Below, piece by piece: positions 39,358 through 49,192 of a DNA stretch of 64,000 nucleotides. The DNA is taken from IMG/VR virus record IMGVR_UViG_3300032289_002266; one strand, written 5' to 3'. The stretch's first letter is position 1; each line of letters opens with the position of its first letter. Origin of the DNA: an uncultured virus (IMG/VR IMGVR_UViG_3300032289_002266) (taxonomy: Duplodnaviria; Heunggongvirae; Uroviricota; Caudoviricetes). The translations under genes were made by a program, and so were the position numbers. Under the pieces are notes generated by a model. The model ran no database searches. It saw nothing but the letters and a program-made list of their open reading frames with translations, and was not told the DNA's origin.

Positions 39358-39804
39358 ATGGAGGAAGATTTAGATGTCGTTGTAAATGACATTATTACAC
39401 AGCTTAAAGGTGCTACAGCTCTTACAAAGAAAGAACCTGCAGAGGAGCTAGATAAAGAAAAGCTTGAAGAGTTTATTATTAAAAATTCAGGTAAGCTTAT
39501 TACTAAAACACTAGATATAGTTGATGATGTTCAGGCATATATATCTTCTGCTCCAGAAGCGAAAGACGTAACGGCGCTAGCAGAGCTTCTAAAGGCAGCC
39601 TCTTCATCAATAGAGGCTCTTAATAAGGTGTATACCTCTATCGAAAAGAATAAAACCGTTAAAGAGGTTAAACAGATGGATATTGACTCGCGAGAGAAGA
39701 TCAACGTTCAAGATAATGCTACGTTTTTATTATCGAGAAAAGAGATAATGCAAGAGCTTATAGGTAAGTCTAAACAAGAAGAAGACCGCGTGGTTGATGT
39801 TTGA
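39358..39804 (+). CDS. Hypothetical helical protein, candidate terminase small subunit
   Basis: 148 aa, helical; ACTAAATA box upstream; loose resemblance to gp16 architecture. Confidence 0.35.
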   Translation: MEEDLDVVVNDIITQLKGATALTKKEPAEELDKEKLEEFIIKNSGKLITKTLDIVDDVQAYISSAPEAKDVTALAELLKAASSSIEALNKVYTSIEKNKTVKEVKQMDIDSREKINVQDNATFLLSRKEIMQELIGKSKQEEDRVVDV

Positions 39805-39823
39805 TATTAATAGCATTTCGCTA

Positions 39824-41335
39824 TTAATATTTTCTCGCTATTGAACCGACTTTAGCACCATAATCAGGTGCGGTTGCATATCCAGATTTACCAATTGCAG
39901 TAACAGCCTCGTCAATGTTAGTTGAAGCTATTACACCACTATATCTTTTATTAGCAGTGAGAAAATCCACATAATCGGTAGCACTTTCATTGAAGTTATT
40001 ATACGCTCTAAAATTATCATTAATATATACGCTTTGCCCGTTAAAGACTTCACGTGTGCGGGTATTGACCGATCCTGCCGGTCCTCTCCCTTTAATTCCG
40101 AATGCATTATTACTGCCCGGAGGTAGGAATTTTCCATAACCAGTTTCAAGAGATGACTGCGCTGCGCCTAATCTAGCAATAACCTCAGGATTGGGTAAGC
40201 CTTTAGCTACAGCAGCAGCATATACAGCATCGTATACCTTTTTATAGTAATCACTTTGACTTCCGGTGAATTTTTCTCGATTTCTTGGAGCTGCAGCAGT
40301 GCCAGGTGCTTCAACATCTGGTGTTGCAGAACCGCTTATACCTCCCTTACATAGAGGGTTAAGGCTAGAGTCAGTCCGGTTATAATCCCAATCATAAACT
40401 CCAAAGCTATTTCTTTGCGTATCTTTACCATCAACATTGTCTCTAACCGGTAAGTTGTTAGTAGTACTTAGATTCTGCTTAGGATCGAAAGGAGAATATC
40501 TAGCAAGATGCTGATACTTACGAAAACACCCACCCAAGTCTGAGGCTGCTTGAGATAAGATAGATGTAGCAAATCCCTCTACACTTGTAAAGGCATCTAG
40601 ATCCGGAATATAGGAGTAGCTAGTAGAATCAGAATCTAAAGCTTTACCAGCTAGAGCGTTATCTATAATTTTTTTCTTCTTTTCAGGATCTTTTGAGTAG
40701 AGCATATCAACAGACTGAGCCCAAGCACCCTGGCCTATTGTACCTAATTCAATAAACATATCACCCACAGCATCAGGCAATCTCTTAACTAAGGTGGTTT
40801 TAAGACCGCCATATGCATTCTTAAATTTACCTTTTAGTTCTTGAAACGAAGGAATAGTAGAAGAGTTGCTCTTAGCAGCCATATCTGTTATAGAAGCCAT
40901 GCTTTCAGATGAAGCTGCAAAAAGATTACATGGTGAATTTAAACAATCTTTTAAAGCATCTAGTAGTTTATCTAAGAAACTACGCTCATTAGCGTTACTA
41001 TTTGCATAATAATCTCCAAGATTATCTAAATTATCAAAAATATATGTAATTCTGTCTACGTGATACTCAAAAATAGGGTATTGCTCCATTCGTGTTGTGT
41101 AGAAATCTGCTGTAGAATAATCTACATAAGCACTGCTTAAAACAAGCGCATTCGTAAATCTTTCCGCTGCATCTTCATCACCCCTAACAGCAGCATTAAA
41201 GTCAATAGCTAAATCTATATCTAGTGTTAGTCTAGGATCATCAAGAATTCCGCAAAGATCAGTATTTCTCAATTGCTCCCTACTTATGGCGAAGCCAAAA
41301 AGTTTTTCTGCTAAATTATTTGTATATATTACCAT
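39824..41335 (-). CDS. Virion-associated peptidoglycan hydrolase with C-terminal GH73 (FlgJ-type glucosaminidase) domain
   Basis: AAQSSLETGYG, NNAFGIKG, FRAYNNFNES, GYATAPDY. Confidence 0.85.
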   Translation of the reverse strand: MVIYTNNLAEKLFGFAISREQLRNTDLCGILDDPRLTLDIDLAIDFNAAVRGDEDAAERFTNALVLSSAYVDYSTADFYTTRMEQYPIFEYHVDRITYIFDNLDNLGDYYANSNANERSFLDKLLDALKDCLNSPCNLFAASSESMASITDMAAKSNSSTIPSFQELKGKFKNAYGGLKTTLVKRLPDAVGDMFIELGTIGQGAWAQSVDMLYSKDPEKKKKIIDNALAGKALDSDSTSYSYIPDLDAFTSVEGFATSILSQAASDLGGCFRKYQHLARYSPFDPKQNLSTTNNLPVRDNVDGKDTQRNSFGVYDWDYNRTDSSLNPLCKGGISGSATPDVEAPGTAAAPRNREKFTGSQSDYYKKVYDAVYAAAVAKGLPNPEVIARLGAAQSSLETGYGKFLPPGSNNAFGIKGRGPAGSVNTRTREVFNGQSVYINDNFRAYNNFNESATDYVDFLTANKRYSGVIASTNIDEAVTAIGKSGYATAPDYGAKVGSIARKY

Positions 41336-41364
41336 ATATTTCGAATTATTAGTTTGTTATACTT

Positions 41365-43107
41365 TTAACCTAGAGTCTGTTGAGGTAGAACTTCTTCTAC
41401 CGGAGTAGCTTGTGGTAGTGGCTTATCAAAATCAGGATTAGGCTTACCGTTAATGAAAGGAGGTGGTCCTAAATCATCTTCAGATTCCGGTAGAGGGGGC
41501 AATAAGCTAGGCTCATCTTCACCTATGATTCCAGGTTCTGGTAGATTAGGTTCTATAAACTCTACATCATCAGCTCCGTTAATTTGACCGGTAGGTCTAG
41601 TAGAGTTGGTAGGGATAGAAGAATTAGAAGAAGGTATATTAGATGGTGCTACTGGCCCTGGTACGCTTGGTGCAGGAGCTGGATCTTCGAAAGGATTGTA
41701 AACCTTTACGCAAATAAAATCATTAAAATATACATCATTCTCAAAGACATGCGATACTGATACAATATACCAATAGCCGTTAATTTCAGCTATGTTTTTA
41801 TTTTTCTTGTTATTAATATCTACATTATCAGTTTTTATTGTTATAAATTTACCCGGTCTCCTATATGGCTGTCCTTTTACTCTAAACGTAACAGCTACAT
41901 TGTCGAAAACAAAACTTTTAAACACCTTATTTGTGCCATAGACCTGAGCAAGAGAGCTAGCCATGTTCGGTCTAGAATACTGAATTTTTTTTATTTTATC
42001 AGCTACTACATCGTTTTTTCTATCTGGTATATTGCTAGCAAAAGGCTTTGTGCACATATTTTCAAACGCAGCTCTTATTTTATCATACCCTATAGTAGAA
42101 AGGTCGTTACTGCACGGATCTTCTAGTATAAGCTTTATAGAAGTCCATTTGTTTTCAAATACATCGTCATAATCAACCCGTTTTAGCTCGTACTTATCAA
42201 TATAATTATTACTAAAGTACGGCGAATCACCGGTTTGCGCTACGTTAAATCTTTCGGTTAAATAATTTTTTACCTCTTTGCTAGTTGGGTTAGTCTTAAT
42301 TAACTCAAAGAATTTTTGCATATGGTCAAACATCGATGTAATGACAAGTTTTCTCTTACCTGTTTTTGCATCGTTCTCTAAGTTAAGTACACCAGGCTCA
42401 TACCACCCCTCAAGCTTGGTTTTAAAGGAGAGATATGGATACAATCTTTCTATAATTTGATAGTAACTGTCAGGATCAGTAATATTAGTGATCGCTGTAG
42501 TTTGTATAACTGCTGGGTTAGACTCGCCTTGTATTTCCACTTCAGTTGTTGAAATTGTACCGTCAATATCTGCATCAGCTAATCCGTTTAAAAAGAAGCC
42601 CTTTATAAGGTCAGCAGGGGTACTTGGACCTAATAACGGATCGGTGAGATCTGGCTGTGGCTCAAAATAAGTATTACTCGGAGTCTTTAAAAACGATACT
42701 TTAGTTCTTTTTAATTTTGCGATACTCAGCTCTTCAAAATTATATGCTAGACTTCCATCTATAGCGTTTAGGTTTATCTCCTGACCTTTTTGAAGTGATG
42801 CTGTTAGATATACATCATCATAGGTTGATTTGGTAGATTGAAAGTCTAAGTTCTTAAACCTTATATACATATAAGGCGCTTCTCTATAAGAGGTTAGAAG
42901 TTGAAGCTTTTCTAAGATTCCGTAGTAGTTGGAGAATATTACTTTCCCTGTATATCCTATATTAACAAGGTCATTTGTTATCTCTAAATATTTTATGCTG
43001 CTCTTAGAGACTGGTACTATTTGAAAGTCTGATGAACTTTCGTTAGTGTTAACTAAAAAGATTTCAAACTCGTAATTGCTACCATCAAGTAATACTGTTT
43101 CAGCCAT
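41365..43107 (-). CDS. Baseplate hub protein (gp27/GpD-like)
   Basis: FRVKGQPYRRPGKFITI...NGYWYIVSVSHVF...CVK; Pro-rich tail. Confidence 0.7.
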   Translation of the reverse strand: MAETVLLDGSNYEFEIFLVNTNESSSDFQIVPVSKSSIKYLEITNDLVNIGYTGKVIFSNYYGILEKLQLLTSYREAPYMYIRFKNLDFQSTKSTYDDVYLTASLQKGQEINLNAIDGSLAYNFEELSIAKLKRTKVSFLKTPSNTYFEPQPDLTDPLLGPSTPADLIKGFFLNGLADADIDGTISTTEVEIQGESNPAVIQTTAITNITDPDSYYQIIERLYPYLSFKTKLEGWYEPGVLNLENDAKTGKRKLVITSMFDHMQKFFELIKTNPTSKEVKNYLTERFNVAQTGDSPYFSNNYIDKYELKRVDYDDVFENKWTSIKLILEDPCSNDLSTIGYDKIRAAFENMCTKPFASNIPDRKNDVVADKIKKIQYSRPNMASSLAQVYGTNKVFKSFVFDNVAVTFRVKGQPYRRPGKFITIKTDNVDINNKKNKNIAEINGYWYIVSVSHVFENDVYFNDFICVKVYNPFEDPAPAPSVPGPVAPSNIPSSNSSIPTNSTRPTGQINGADDVEFIEPNLPEPGIIGEDEPSLLPPLPESEDDLGPPPFINGKPNPDFDKPLPQATPVEEVLPQQTLG

Positions 43108-43478
43108 TAGTTTAGTTGTTCAAGTATATTATTTAAAACAATGTTAACGTATTCAGGTAATATATACTTATATCTTATACCTGGTTCTGCATAAAAAATA
43201 TTTTCAGGTTTATTTAGAAGGAAAATTAACCACCACAAATATTGCGATCTATAAATTTTATAAGAAAAGGTTGTCCACGGGAGTTTGGTATCGAGATCAA
43301 AAAATCCTAATAAGCTTTCGTCAATATTACTAGGTATATTGATTTTATTTAGAATATTATAAAAATAGTAGCCTTTATTAGGATCTGTAATGTTATAAAC
43401 TTTAAAGATATTTTCATATCTCTCGTCAGAGATAGAATCCAAATCTGCTATATCGTTCTGATAATCTCCTACATTCAT
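43107..43478 (-). CDS. gp53: Baseplate wedge protein (gp53-like, LysM-related)
   Basis: WTTFSYKIYRSQYLWWLIFLLN. Confidence 0.75.
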   Translation of the reverse strand: MNVGDYQNDIADLDSISDERYENIFKVYNITDPNKGYYFYNILNKINIPSNIDESLLGFFDLDTKLPWTTFSYKIYRSQYLWWLIFLLNKPENIFYAEPGIRYKYILPEYVNIVLNNILEQLN

Positions 43479-44554
43479 ACGCTTTTTACATTTATTGCTT
43501 TATGAAACCCTTTTGAAACCATCAAGTTACCTACATCTGCTATTAAGCTAGTAAATGTTAGAGTTACATTATAAGCCTCTGGTACTGAGGTTATAATCTC
43601 ACCTTTTGGTGTGGTAACAGGTAGTTGCCTTCTAGTTCCTAAAAACTGCACGTCCATGTTGCTTATATAAGCATATGGTAAAAACTTCATACCTGGAACT
43701 GTTACTGTGTATATTTTAGGTGGTAATATTCTCGAGAACGAGGTTCTATAGGGCTTGTTTTGATATGCTAGTATCCAGAGCAGCTCGTAATTTTGTTGAT
43801 ATGGTACAAAAGAGTTTTTCTTTATTGTATTAAGAAGTGGAAACGTTATTGTTACAGATTCGCCTTCGTTAGGGTAGTGAAAGTATTTTGGCTTCTCGAT
43901 GTAAGAACCAGGAGCCATTATGTTTATAGTAGCAGCTTGTGTATCGACCCAATCCATCGTCTTATCAATCATACTACCAAAAGTAGGCTTAGTCTGAATA
44001 GATGACTGCCAGCTGTTAGTTATATTATGTGGACTTCCTTCAAAAAACGGAAAGGAATATTTAAATCCTGTTTTTTCGGTTAGGTATATACCTAAATAAG
44101 AGGTTAGATACTCTGACAGGATACTTTTATCAACTCCCTTTTTAATAAATCCGTCTATTTTCGATTTAAATTTAGATAGCGCACTCGAAACATTTCCAGA
44201 TTCACTGCCTGTTACTTTCGCTACTAGATAGTCAAGAGCCTCCGATGCATTTGATGTAATATCTGATTTTGTTATAGCGTTAATATAATATAAAGCTGAG
44301 GCAACTAAAGAGTTCTGAGTCTGGCGCAACTCAGTAGCATAAAGATAAGGTATGGTAAGCTTAGAGTTTTTTAATGGCGAGGATGTCCAAGCAAAATCAT
44401 TTACAACATCTATAACAGAGGTAGAATTAGCAAGTCTAAACTCACTATCTGTATTTTTTACAGTGCCAGATTTACCTAAAGTTTTTGCACCTACAGTTAT
44501 TAAATCTGTAGTGGTTATATCACTTCCTTTACAATAATAAGGTCCGAAAGACAT
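43475..44554 (-). CDS. Baseplate / tail-tube junction protein (gp48-like)
   Basis: Tube-fold-like C-terminus ITFPLLNT...PPKIYTV...AYISNMDV...PEAYNVTLTFTSL; synteny. Confidence 0.55.
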   Translation of the reverse strand: MSFGPYYCKGSDITTTDLITVGAKTLGKSGTVKNTDSEFRLANSTSVIDVVNDFAWTSSPLKNSKLTIPYLYATELRQTQNSLVASALYYINAITKSDITSNASEALDYLVAKVTGSESGNVSSALSKFKSKIDGFIKKGVDKSILSEYLTSYLGIYLTEKTGFKYSFPFFEGSPHNITNSWQSSIQTKPTFGSMIDKTMDWVDTQAATINIMAPGSYIEKPKYFHYPNEGESVTITFPLLNTIKKNSFVPYQQNYELLWILAYQNKPYRTSFSRILPPKIYTVTVPGMKFLPYAYISNMDVQFLGTRRQLPVTTPKGEIITSVPEAYNVTLTFTSLIADVGNLMVSKGFHKAINVKSV

Positions 44555-44557
44555 GGT

Positions 44558-46240
44558 TTAGATTGGCTGTAGTGTTGTTGGTATTAATGTTTGGTTAGCA
44601 AATTGCTCCCTAATATTAAATGATTTTGTAGGTAGATTACCCACATCATTGCTCATTTTGAAAGGAGATGAAGAATTTTGGGTAGATCTTTTAAGGTACT
44701 CTGTCATTAAGTAAATTAACTCGTCTAATTTATTTACTTGTGCAATAGAGGCATCCCTAATAATACTATTATCTTTAGCTAATCCTTGAGTTAGACCATT
44801 TACTAGATTATCGATAGCACCTCCCGTCTTCATTCCTAGAACTTCGTCTCTAGTATTAAACTTATAAACACTACCATTTTTAACCAAGAAATCTTGCATC
44901 TCACCGGTACCAGTAACGAAGGCTCCTAATTTTTTAGTTATGTTAGGCGATATTACTTTTTGTACTAAAAGATCACCGAGATATCTACCTAAAATATCAC
45001 CTCCAACTCCACCGACAAGTGCACCAATAGGACCACCAATAACAGTTCCAGCTGCAGCTCCAAGAGCGGCGCCTCCTACACCAGTGATGCCTTGAGCTAC
45101 TCTCTTACCTGCCTTAAAGCGTAGTTCGTCAAGATTAATTTTACCCGACTCGTAGTCTTTCTTTAAATTTATTATATCATAGGACGCAAACAAGCTTTCA
45201 ATAATACCGCTTATGATAGGAATACTCTTAAAAAAGGAGCCTAGCTTACTCGCACCTCCCTTAAACAGACCTCCAACAAACGATCCAATTTTTTGCTTAC
45301 CTGCTTTTATTATATTGCCTAATTCTTCAACAGCCACACCACCAACAGCAGCAGCTCCTTTACCTACTGCTGCAGCTCCTTTACCTACGGCTCCTCCTAC
45401 CGCAGCGGCTCCACTACCTATTACACCAACACCCTTCTTAACTAAATTATACCCTGGTATTTTTTCCAAAGCAGTCAAAGCCGCACTCTTTATATTTGTT
45501 ATATATTTTGCAATATCATCTATGTAACCCTTAACAGCGCTTATAGCATCATCCCATACCCCCCTTAGACCGTCTTTTGCAGTCTGAACTTTACTCATAA
45601 ACCCCTTAAAGAAACCTGAGTTTTTAATTCTATCAGCAAGCTTACCTGCCCAACCAGAAATTTTAGTACCTAACCACTTTACCCCTCCCCATATCTTACC
45701 GCCAGCCCACTTTAGAGCGCCCCATAGCTTATTACCTACCCATTTAACAGCGCTCCATAGCTTATTACCTACCCATGCGAATAGCTTTTTCATAGGTGTA
45801 AAGATAAATTTACTAAATTTATCTAACAACCAATTTTTTATCTTACCTATTACAGAAGAAAGACCACTTAGACCGAGCAAGCCTAGCAAACTACTTAGAA
45901 GATCACCTAAAAAATTATCCTTTTTAACAGGTTGTATTTTATCTCTTACGGCAGCCGGAGCAGTCTTTATAGCTTGTGCCTGAGAGGGTGTTAGGTCTCC
46001 TAAACGCTGAGCTTCTGGACCTTCCTTAAAAGCACCTATCTTAAGAACCTTACCGATTATAGTAGCAGACTCTTTTAGTCTGCTTTGCTCTGTAGATGAT
46101 AGCTTATCGCTAGGGCGATCATCATCACGAGTTACAGATTGCGTAGCTTGTGATATACCTCTAGGTTCCGTCATAGCTCTTAAAGAGCTCATCACCTTAC
46201 TTATATTCAGAATCGGATCTAATATATCACTTTGCGCCAC
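44558..46240 (-). CDS. Tape measure-like protein
   Basis: Trp periodicity with an 11-residue unit (WVGNKLWSAVKWVGNKLWGALKW), Gly/Ala-rich hydrophobic segments, IPIISGII. Confidence 0.7.
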   Translation of the reverse strand: MAQSDILDPILNISKVMSSLRAMTEPRGISQATQSVTRDDDRPSDKLSSTEQSRLKESATIIGKVLKIGAFKEGPEAQRLGDLTPSQAQAIKTAPAAVRDKIQPVKKDNFLGDLLSSLLGLLGLSGLSSVIGKIKNWLLDKFSKFIFTPMKKLFAWVGNKLWSAVKWVGNKLWGALKWAGGKIWGGVKWLGTKISGWAGKLADRIKNSGFFKGFMSKVQTAKDGLRGVWDDAISAVKGYIDDIAKYITNIKSAALTALEKIPGYNLVKKGVGVIGSGAAAVGGAVGKGAAAVGKGAAAVGGVAVEELGNIIKAGKQKIGSFVGGLFKGGASKLGSFFKSIPIISGIIESLFASYDIINLKKDYESGKINLDELRFKAGKRVAQGITGVGGAALGAAAGTVIGGPIGALVGGVGGDILGRYLGDLLVQKVISPNITKKLGAFVTGTGEMQDFLVKNGSVYKFNTRDEVLGMKTGGAIDNLVNGLTQGLAKDNSIIRDASIAQVNKLDELIYLMTEYLKRSTQNSSSPFKMSNDVGNLPTKSFNIREQFANQTLIPTTLQPI

Positions 46241-46248
46241 GTATATAT

Positions 46249-46983
46249 TTATTCATTAGATAAGAAGCTCACATCGATGACGAGCTTAGTACCGTCAGAA
46301 AAGGTAAATAATGACTGTTCATACTCTTTGAACTGAGCAATATATTCGAGTATATCGTTGTTAAGCTTAAGAGGTAGATTCTCGATTATAGTTTTTTTAT
46401 CAAAAGTGCCAAGATCACTAAAATTAATAACATTATCATCAATTTTAATAATCTTTATAAACTTCATTAACTCATATACTAGTAAGATGCTTAGAGAGTT
46501 ACCTATTTTCTTATCTTCTGAACTATACTTGCTAAACTCTACGATACTTTTCTCTGTTATTTTAGAATCCTCACTTAGTGTAGGAATACTAATGCTGGCT
46601 GCAATACCTCTATAAGTAAACTCCCTCTCTTTCTCGAAATCAAAGATAAACTCCGGCAAAGAGTCTAAATTATACTCTTTATCATCTATTTTAATAGTTT
46701 CTGAAACACATTGTTTTCTAAGATCTACTAAAATTTTGTTTCTATCATATAGTGTAAAATCAACCTCCTCCAAGCTATTTTCAAAGACAATATCATTAAA
46801 CACCTTATACATATTAACCGTTCCTTCAACACCATCTAGTAGAGATTTAACTAAATCCTTATGTTGTTTTACAGAGAATGCTCTGAATTTAATCTTTTTA
46901 CCTAACGAAGGAACCAGAACGTTAAAACAGTCGTTTTCGTTTAATTGTTTAAGCTCATCAATAAACGATTTAATATTACTCAT
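46249..46983 (-). CDS. Baseplate hub assembly protein (gp26-like)
   Basis: VPSLGKKIKFRAFSVKQHKDL...DRNKILVDLRKQCVSE. Confidence 0.7.
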   Translation of the reverse strand: MSNIKSFIDELKQLNENDCFNVLVPSLGKKIKFRAFSVKQHKDLVKSLLDGVEGTVNMYKVFNDIVFENSLEEVDFTLYDRNKILVDLRKQCVSETIKIDDKEYNLDSLPEFIFDFEKEREFTYRGIAASISIPTLSEDSKITEKSIVEFSKYSSEDKKIGNSLSILLVYELMKFIKIIKIDDNVINFSDLGTFDKKTIIENLPLKLNNDILEYIAQFKEYEQSLFTFSDGTKLVIDVSFLSNE

Positions 46984-46991
46984 TACCTTAT

Positions 46992-47813
46992 TTACTCGCT
47001 ACTTTGATTTTTCAACTCTTCCTCTTTTTCCGCTAATTCCTTTTTATAAATATTAAGTATTACCTTAGAATCAAGAGGAGTAAGGTTATAGAAGTCGTAA
47101 GCAGTAAATCCTAGTTTATTAGTAAAAATATAAAGCATTTCGAAAAAGTTTGTTAAACCTGTAGAGAATATAGATAATATAAATGAGATAATTCCGTTAG
47201 ATAGAACATTTAGGTTAATCTCCTGAATATTAAACTCTTCATTACCGTCTATTACTATAAAATCCTTTAAATTTGAGGAAATTAAATCAATATGGTTCTT
47301 TATTAGCGTAAATATGGAGTTAGGAATATGTGATAATACTTGCTCTCTCTCTTCCTCTGTAAGAGTATCAAATCTCACCACCTTGTTAGATATTTCTATC
47401 TTCTTTATAACACTTAAGTAAATATCATTTAAACTGTCAAAATATAATAAATTAGGCAAACCAAGCTCTAGCTCGAACTTATCAAGCTTATAAACTTTAT
47501 CAAAATCACCCTCAAATAAATCTATTTTTTCTAAAATATTTTGAATATTAAAATTTACAGTATTTTTATTTTTATCTTCAAATATTAATTCAGGATCTAC
47601 ATATACCATCCTAACTAATAATAAAATGTAGAACTTGTCTATTATATTAAGATCCTCTAAACCTTTAAATATTGTTAAACTAAAGAATGTATTCAAACCC
47701 TCGTAATCCTCATTCTCACTAAACTTTAATATGGTAAAAAAGTCCTTATTATTTAACTCCGGGACTCTAACTGTTCTACCACTAGGTAGTCTAAATTTTA
47801 TATTAAAATCCAT
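46992..47813 (-). CDS. Baseplate hub assembly protein (gp26/gp51-like paralogue)
   Basis: LPSGRTVRV...DKFYILLLVR; C-terminus LGFTAYDFYNLTPLDSKVIL. Confidence 0.55.
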   Translation of the reverse strand: MDFNIKFRLPSGRTVRVPELNNKDFFTILKFSENEDYEGLNTFFSLTIFKGLEDLNIIDKFYILLLVRMVYVDPELIFEDKNKNTVNFNIQNILEKIDLFEGDFDKVYKLDKFELELGLPNLLYFDSLNDIYLSVIKKIEISNKVVRFDTLTEEEREQVLSHIPNSIFTLIKNHIDLISSNLKDFIVIDGNEEFNIQEINLNVLSNGIISFILSIFSTGLTNFFEMLYIFTNKLGFTAYDFYNLTPLDSKVILNIYKKELAEKEEELKNQSSE

Positions 47814-47828
47814 TATTATATACAGCTT

Positions 47829-48620
47829 TTAACCTGTTATAGTAAGTTCACCAAGACCACTACCAGTACCGTTTCTAATTGGTATATTATTCTTATCTAC
47901 AACAGCATATCTATTAAACGAAAAGGATACTGTTTTCGTTATATCATTTAAACCTAGATCACCGTAGCTTAGACTATCACCGACAACTTGAAACGGCATA
48001 GCATCATAAAATTCAATTACTTTACGTACTGTTAAAGATATATTACGAGGCTTACCGCTACTTCCTAGAACGTTTTTATAACTATAGGCATCTCTCGAAA
48101 ACTGAATAAGCTGCAGATCACACTTTAACTCATCTATACCCGTTCCATCCTCTATAAGACCTTTGTGTGATGCTGCTATTATCCACGGCCTAATATAATA
48201 ATCAAAAATATCTATATTTGTTTCTAAAAAGGTAATATCTACCTTATTTGATCCTCCATATCCCTGTCTGTTGCCTGCGTACTGTCCACCGAGCCTACCA
48301 CCAGCACCATCTATATTAGTATTAGTAATATCAAAAGAGTCTGAAGGTAAGGCTATGTTTTGAGCTAATAGTATACCGAACGTACCAAAAGGATCTGTTA
48401 CTTCATCTAAGCATGCGACGTTTACTGGCCATTGACTAGAATCTCTAGTCTCGTACTTATCAATAACAGACTTAATGTTATTGCCTAATTTATTTAGGGT
48501 CTCAGTTTTAGGGTATATATAAATGGCCCAGAGAAATTTTAAAGGTATATCATAGCGCCAATCTCTATGAATATTTAATCTTCTCTTTACTGGGCCATCT
48601 CTATACGTGACTAATGCCAT
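47829..48620 (-). CDS. Tail tube-like baseplate protein (gp54-like)
   Basis: NIALPSDS, DITFLETN, IRPW, FYDAMP, VSFSFNRY tube fold; follows the tube gene. Confidence 0.6.
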   Translation of the reverse strand: MALVTYRDGPVKRRLNIHRDWRYDIPLKFLWAIYIYPKTETLNKLGNNIKSVIDKYETRDSSQWPVNVACLDEVTDPFGTFGILLAQNIALPSDSFDITNTNIDGAGGRLGGQYAGNRQGYGGSNKVDITFLETNIDIFDYYIRPWIIAASHKGLIEDGTGIDELKCDLQLIQFSRDAYSYKNVLGSSGKPRNISLTVRKVIEFYDAMPFQVVGDSLSYGDLGLNDITKTVSFSFNRYAVVDKNNIPIRNGTGSGLGELTITG

Positions 48621-48623
48621 TTA

Positions 48624-49169
48624 TTATGCAGTCTTATTGTAGAAGTGATACGCAATCGTAACTGGCATTTCTACCGTCTGACCTGTACCACCAGACATAT
48701 TATAGGCGATATCACCTATATTTCTGATAGAAGCACCTATGAGTTTATAGGTGCTAACTATGCTGAGGTCTTTATCTAATTGAGCTAACTCAATAAAGTG
48801 TGTATCATCAGGAGTGCCGTATAGACCAGTCGAGCTAATGTCATCAAACAAAGCTCTCGAAGCTTGTTCGAAGAGATTGCGTAATCTACTCTTAGAGTCT
48901 AGGAAGAATGTTAAGCTATAGCCTTCTGCACCAGAATAAGAAGCGTTGCCAGGAATATTAAAGTTAAGGCCCATATAAGGAACCTGAACATTAGATATTG
49001 TTCTACCTGGTAAAGCAGCAGCTTTAGCGTATATTAGCTCTTCTTCACCAATCTCACCTTCAATACCTGCTAGGTTAAGGGCAGTTACTCTGAATAGGAA
49101 GTCTCTCGAGAAGTCTCTACTCGCTGCTATACTATAAAACTTACTAATTTTTTGCTCTGTTTTAGCCAT
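48624..49169 (-). CDS. gp19: Tail tube protein (gp19-like)
   Basis: KAAALPGRTISNVQVPYMGLNFNIPG, LTFFLD, QLDK, VTIAYHF. Confidence 0.85.
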   Translation of the reverse strand: MAKTEQKISKFYSIAASRDFSRDFLFRVTALNLAGIEGEIGEEELIYAKAAALPGRTISNVQVPYMGLNFNIPGNASYSGAEGYSLTFFLDSKSRLRNLFEQASRALFDDISSTGLYGTPDDTHFIELAQLDKDLSIVSTYKLIGASIRNIGDIAYNMSGGTGQTVEMPVTIAYHFYNKTA

Positions 49170-49192
49170 ATAATTATTTATTCTATGTTATA

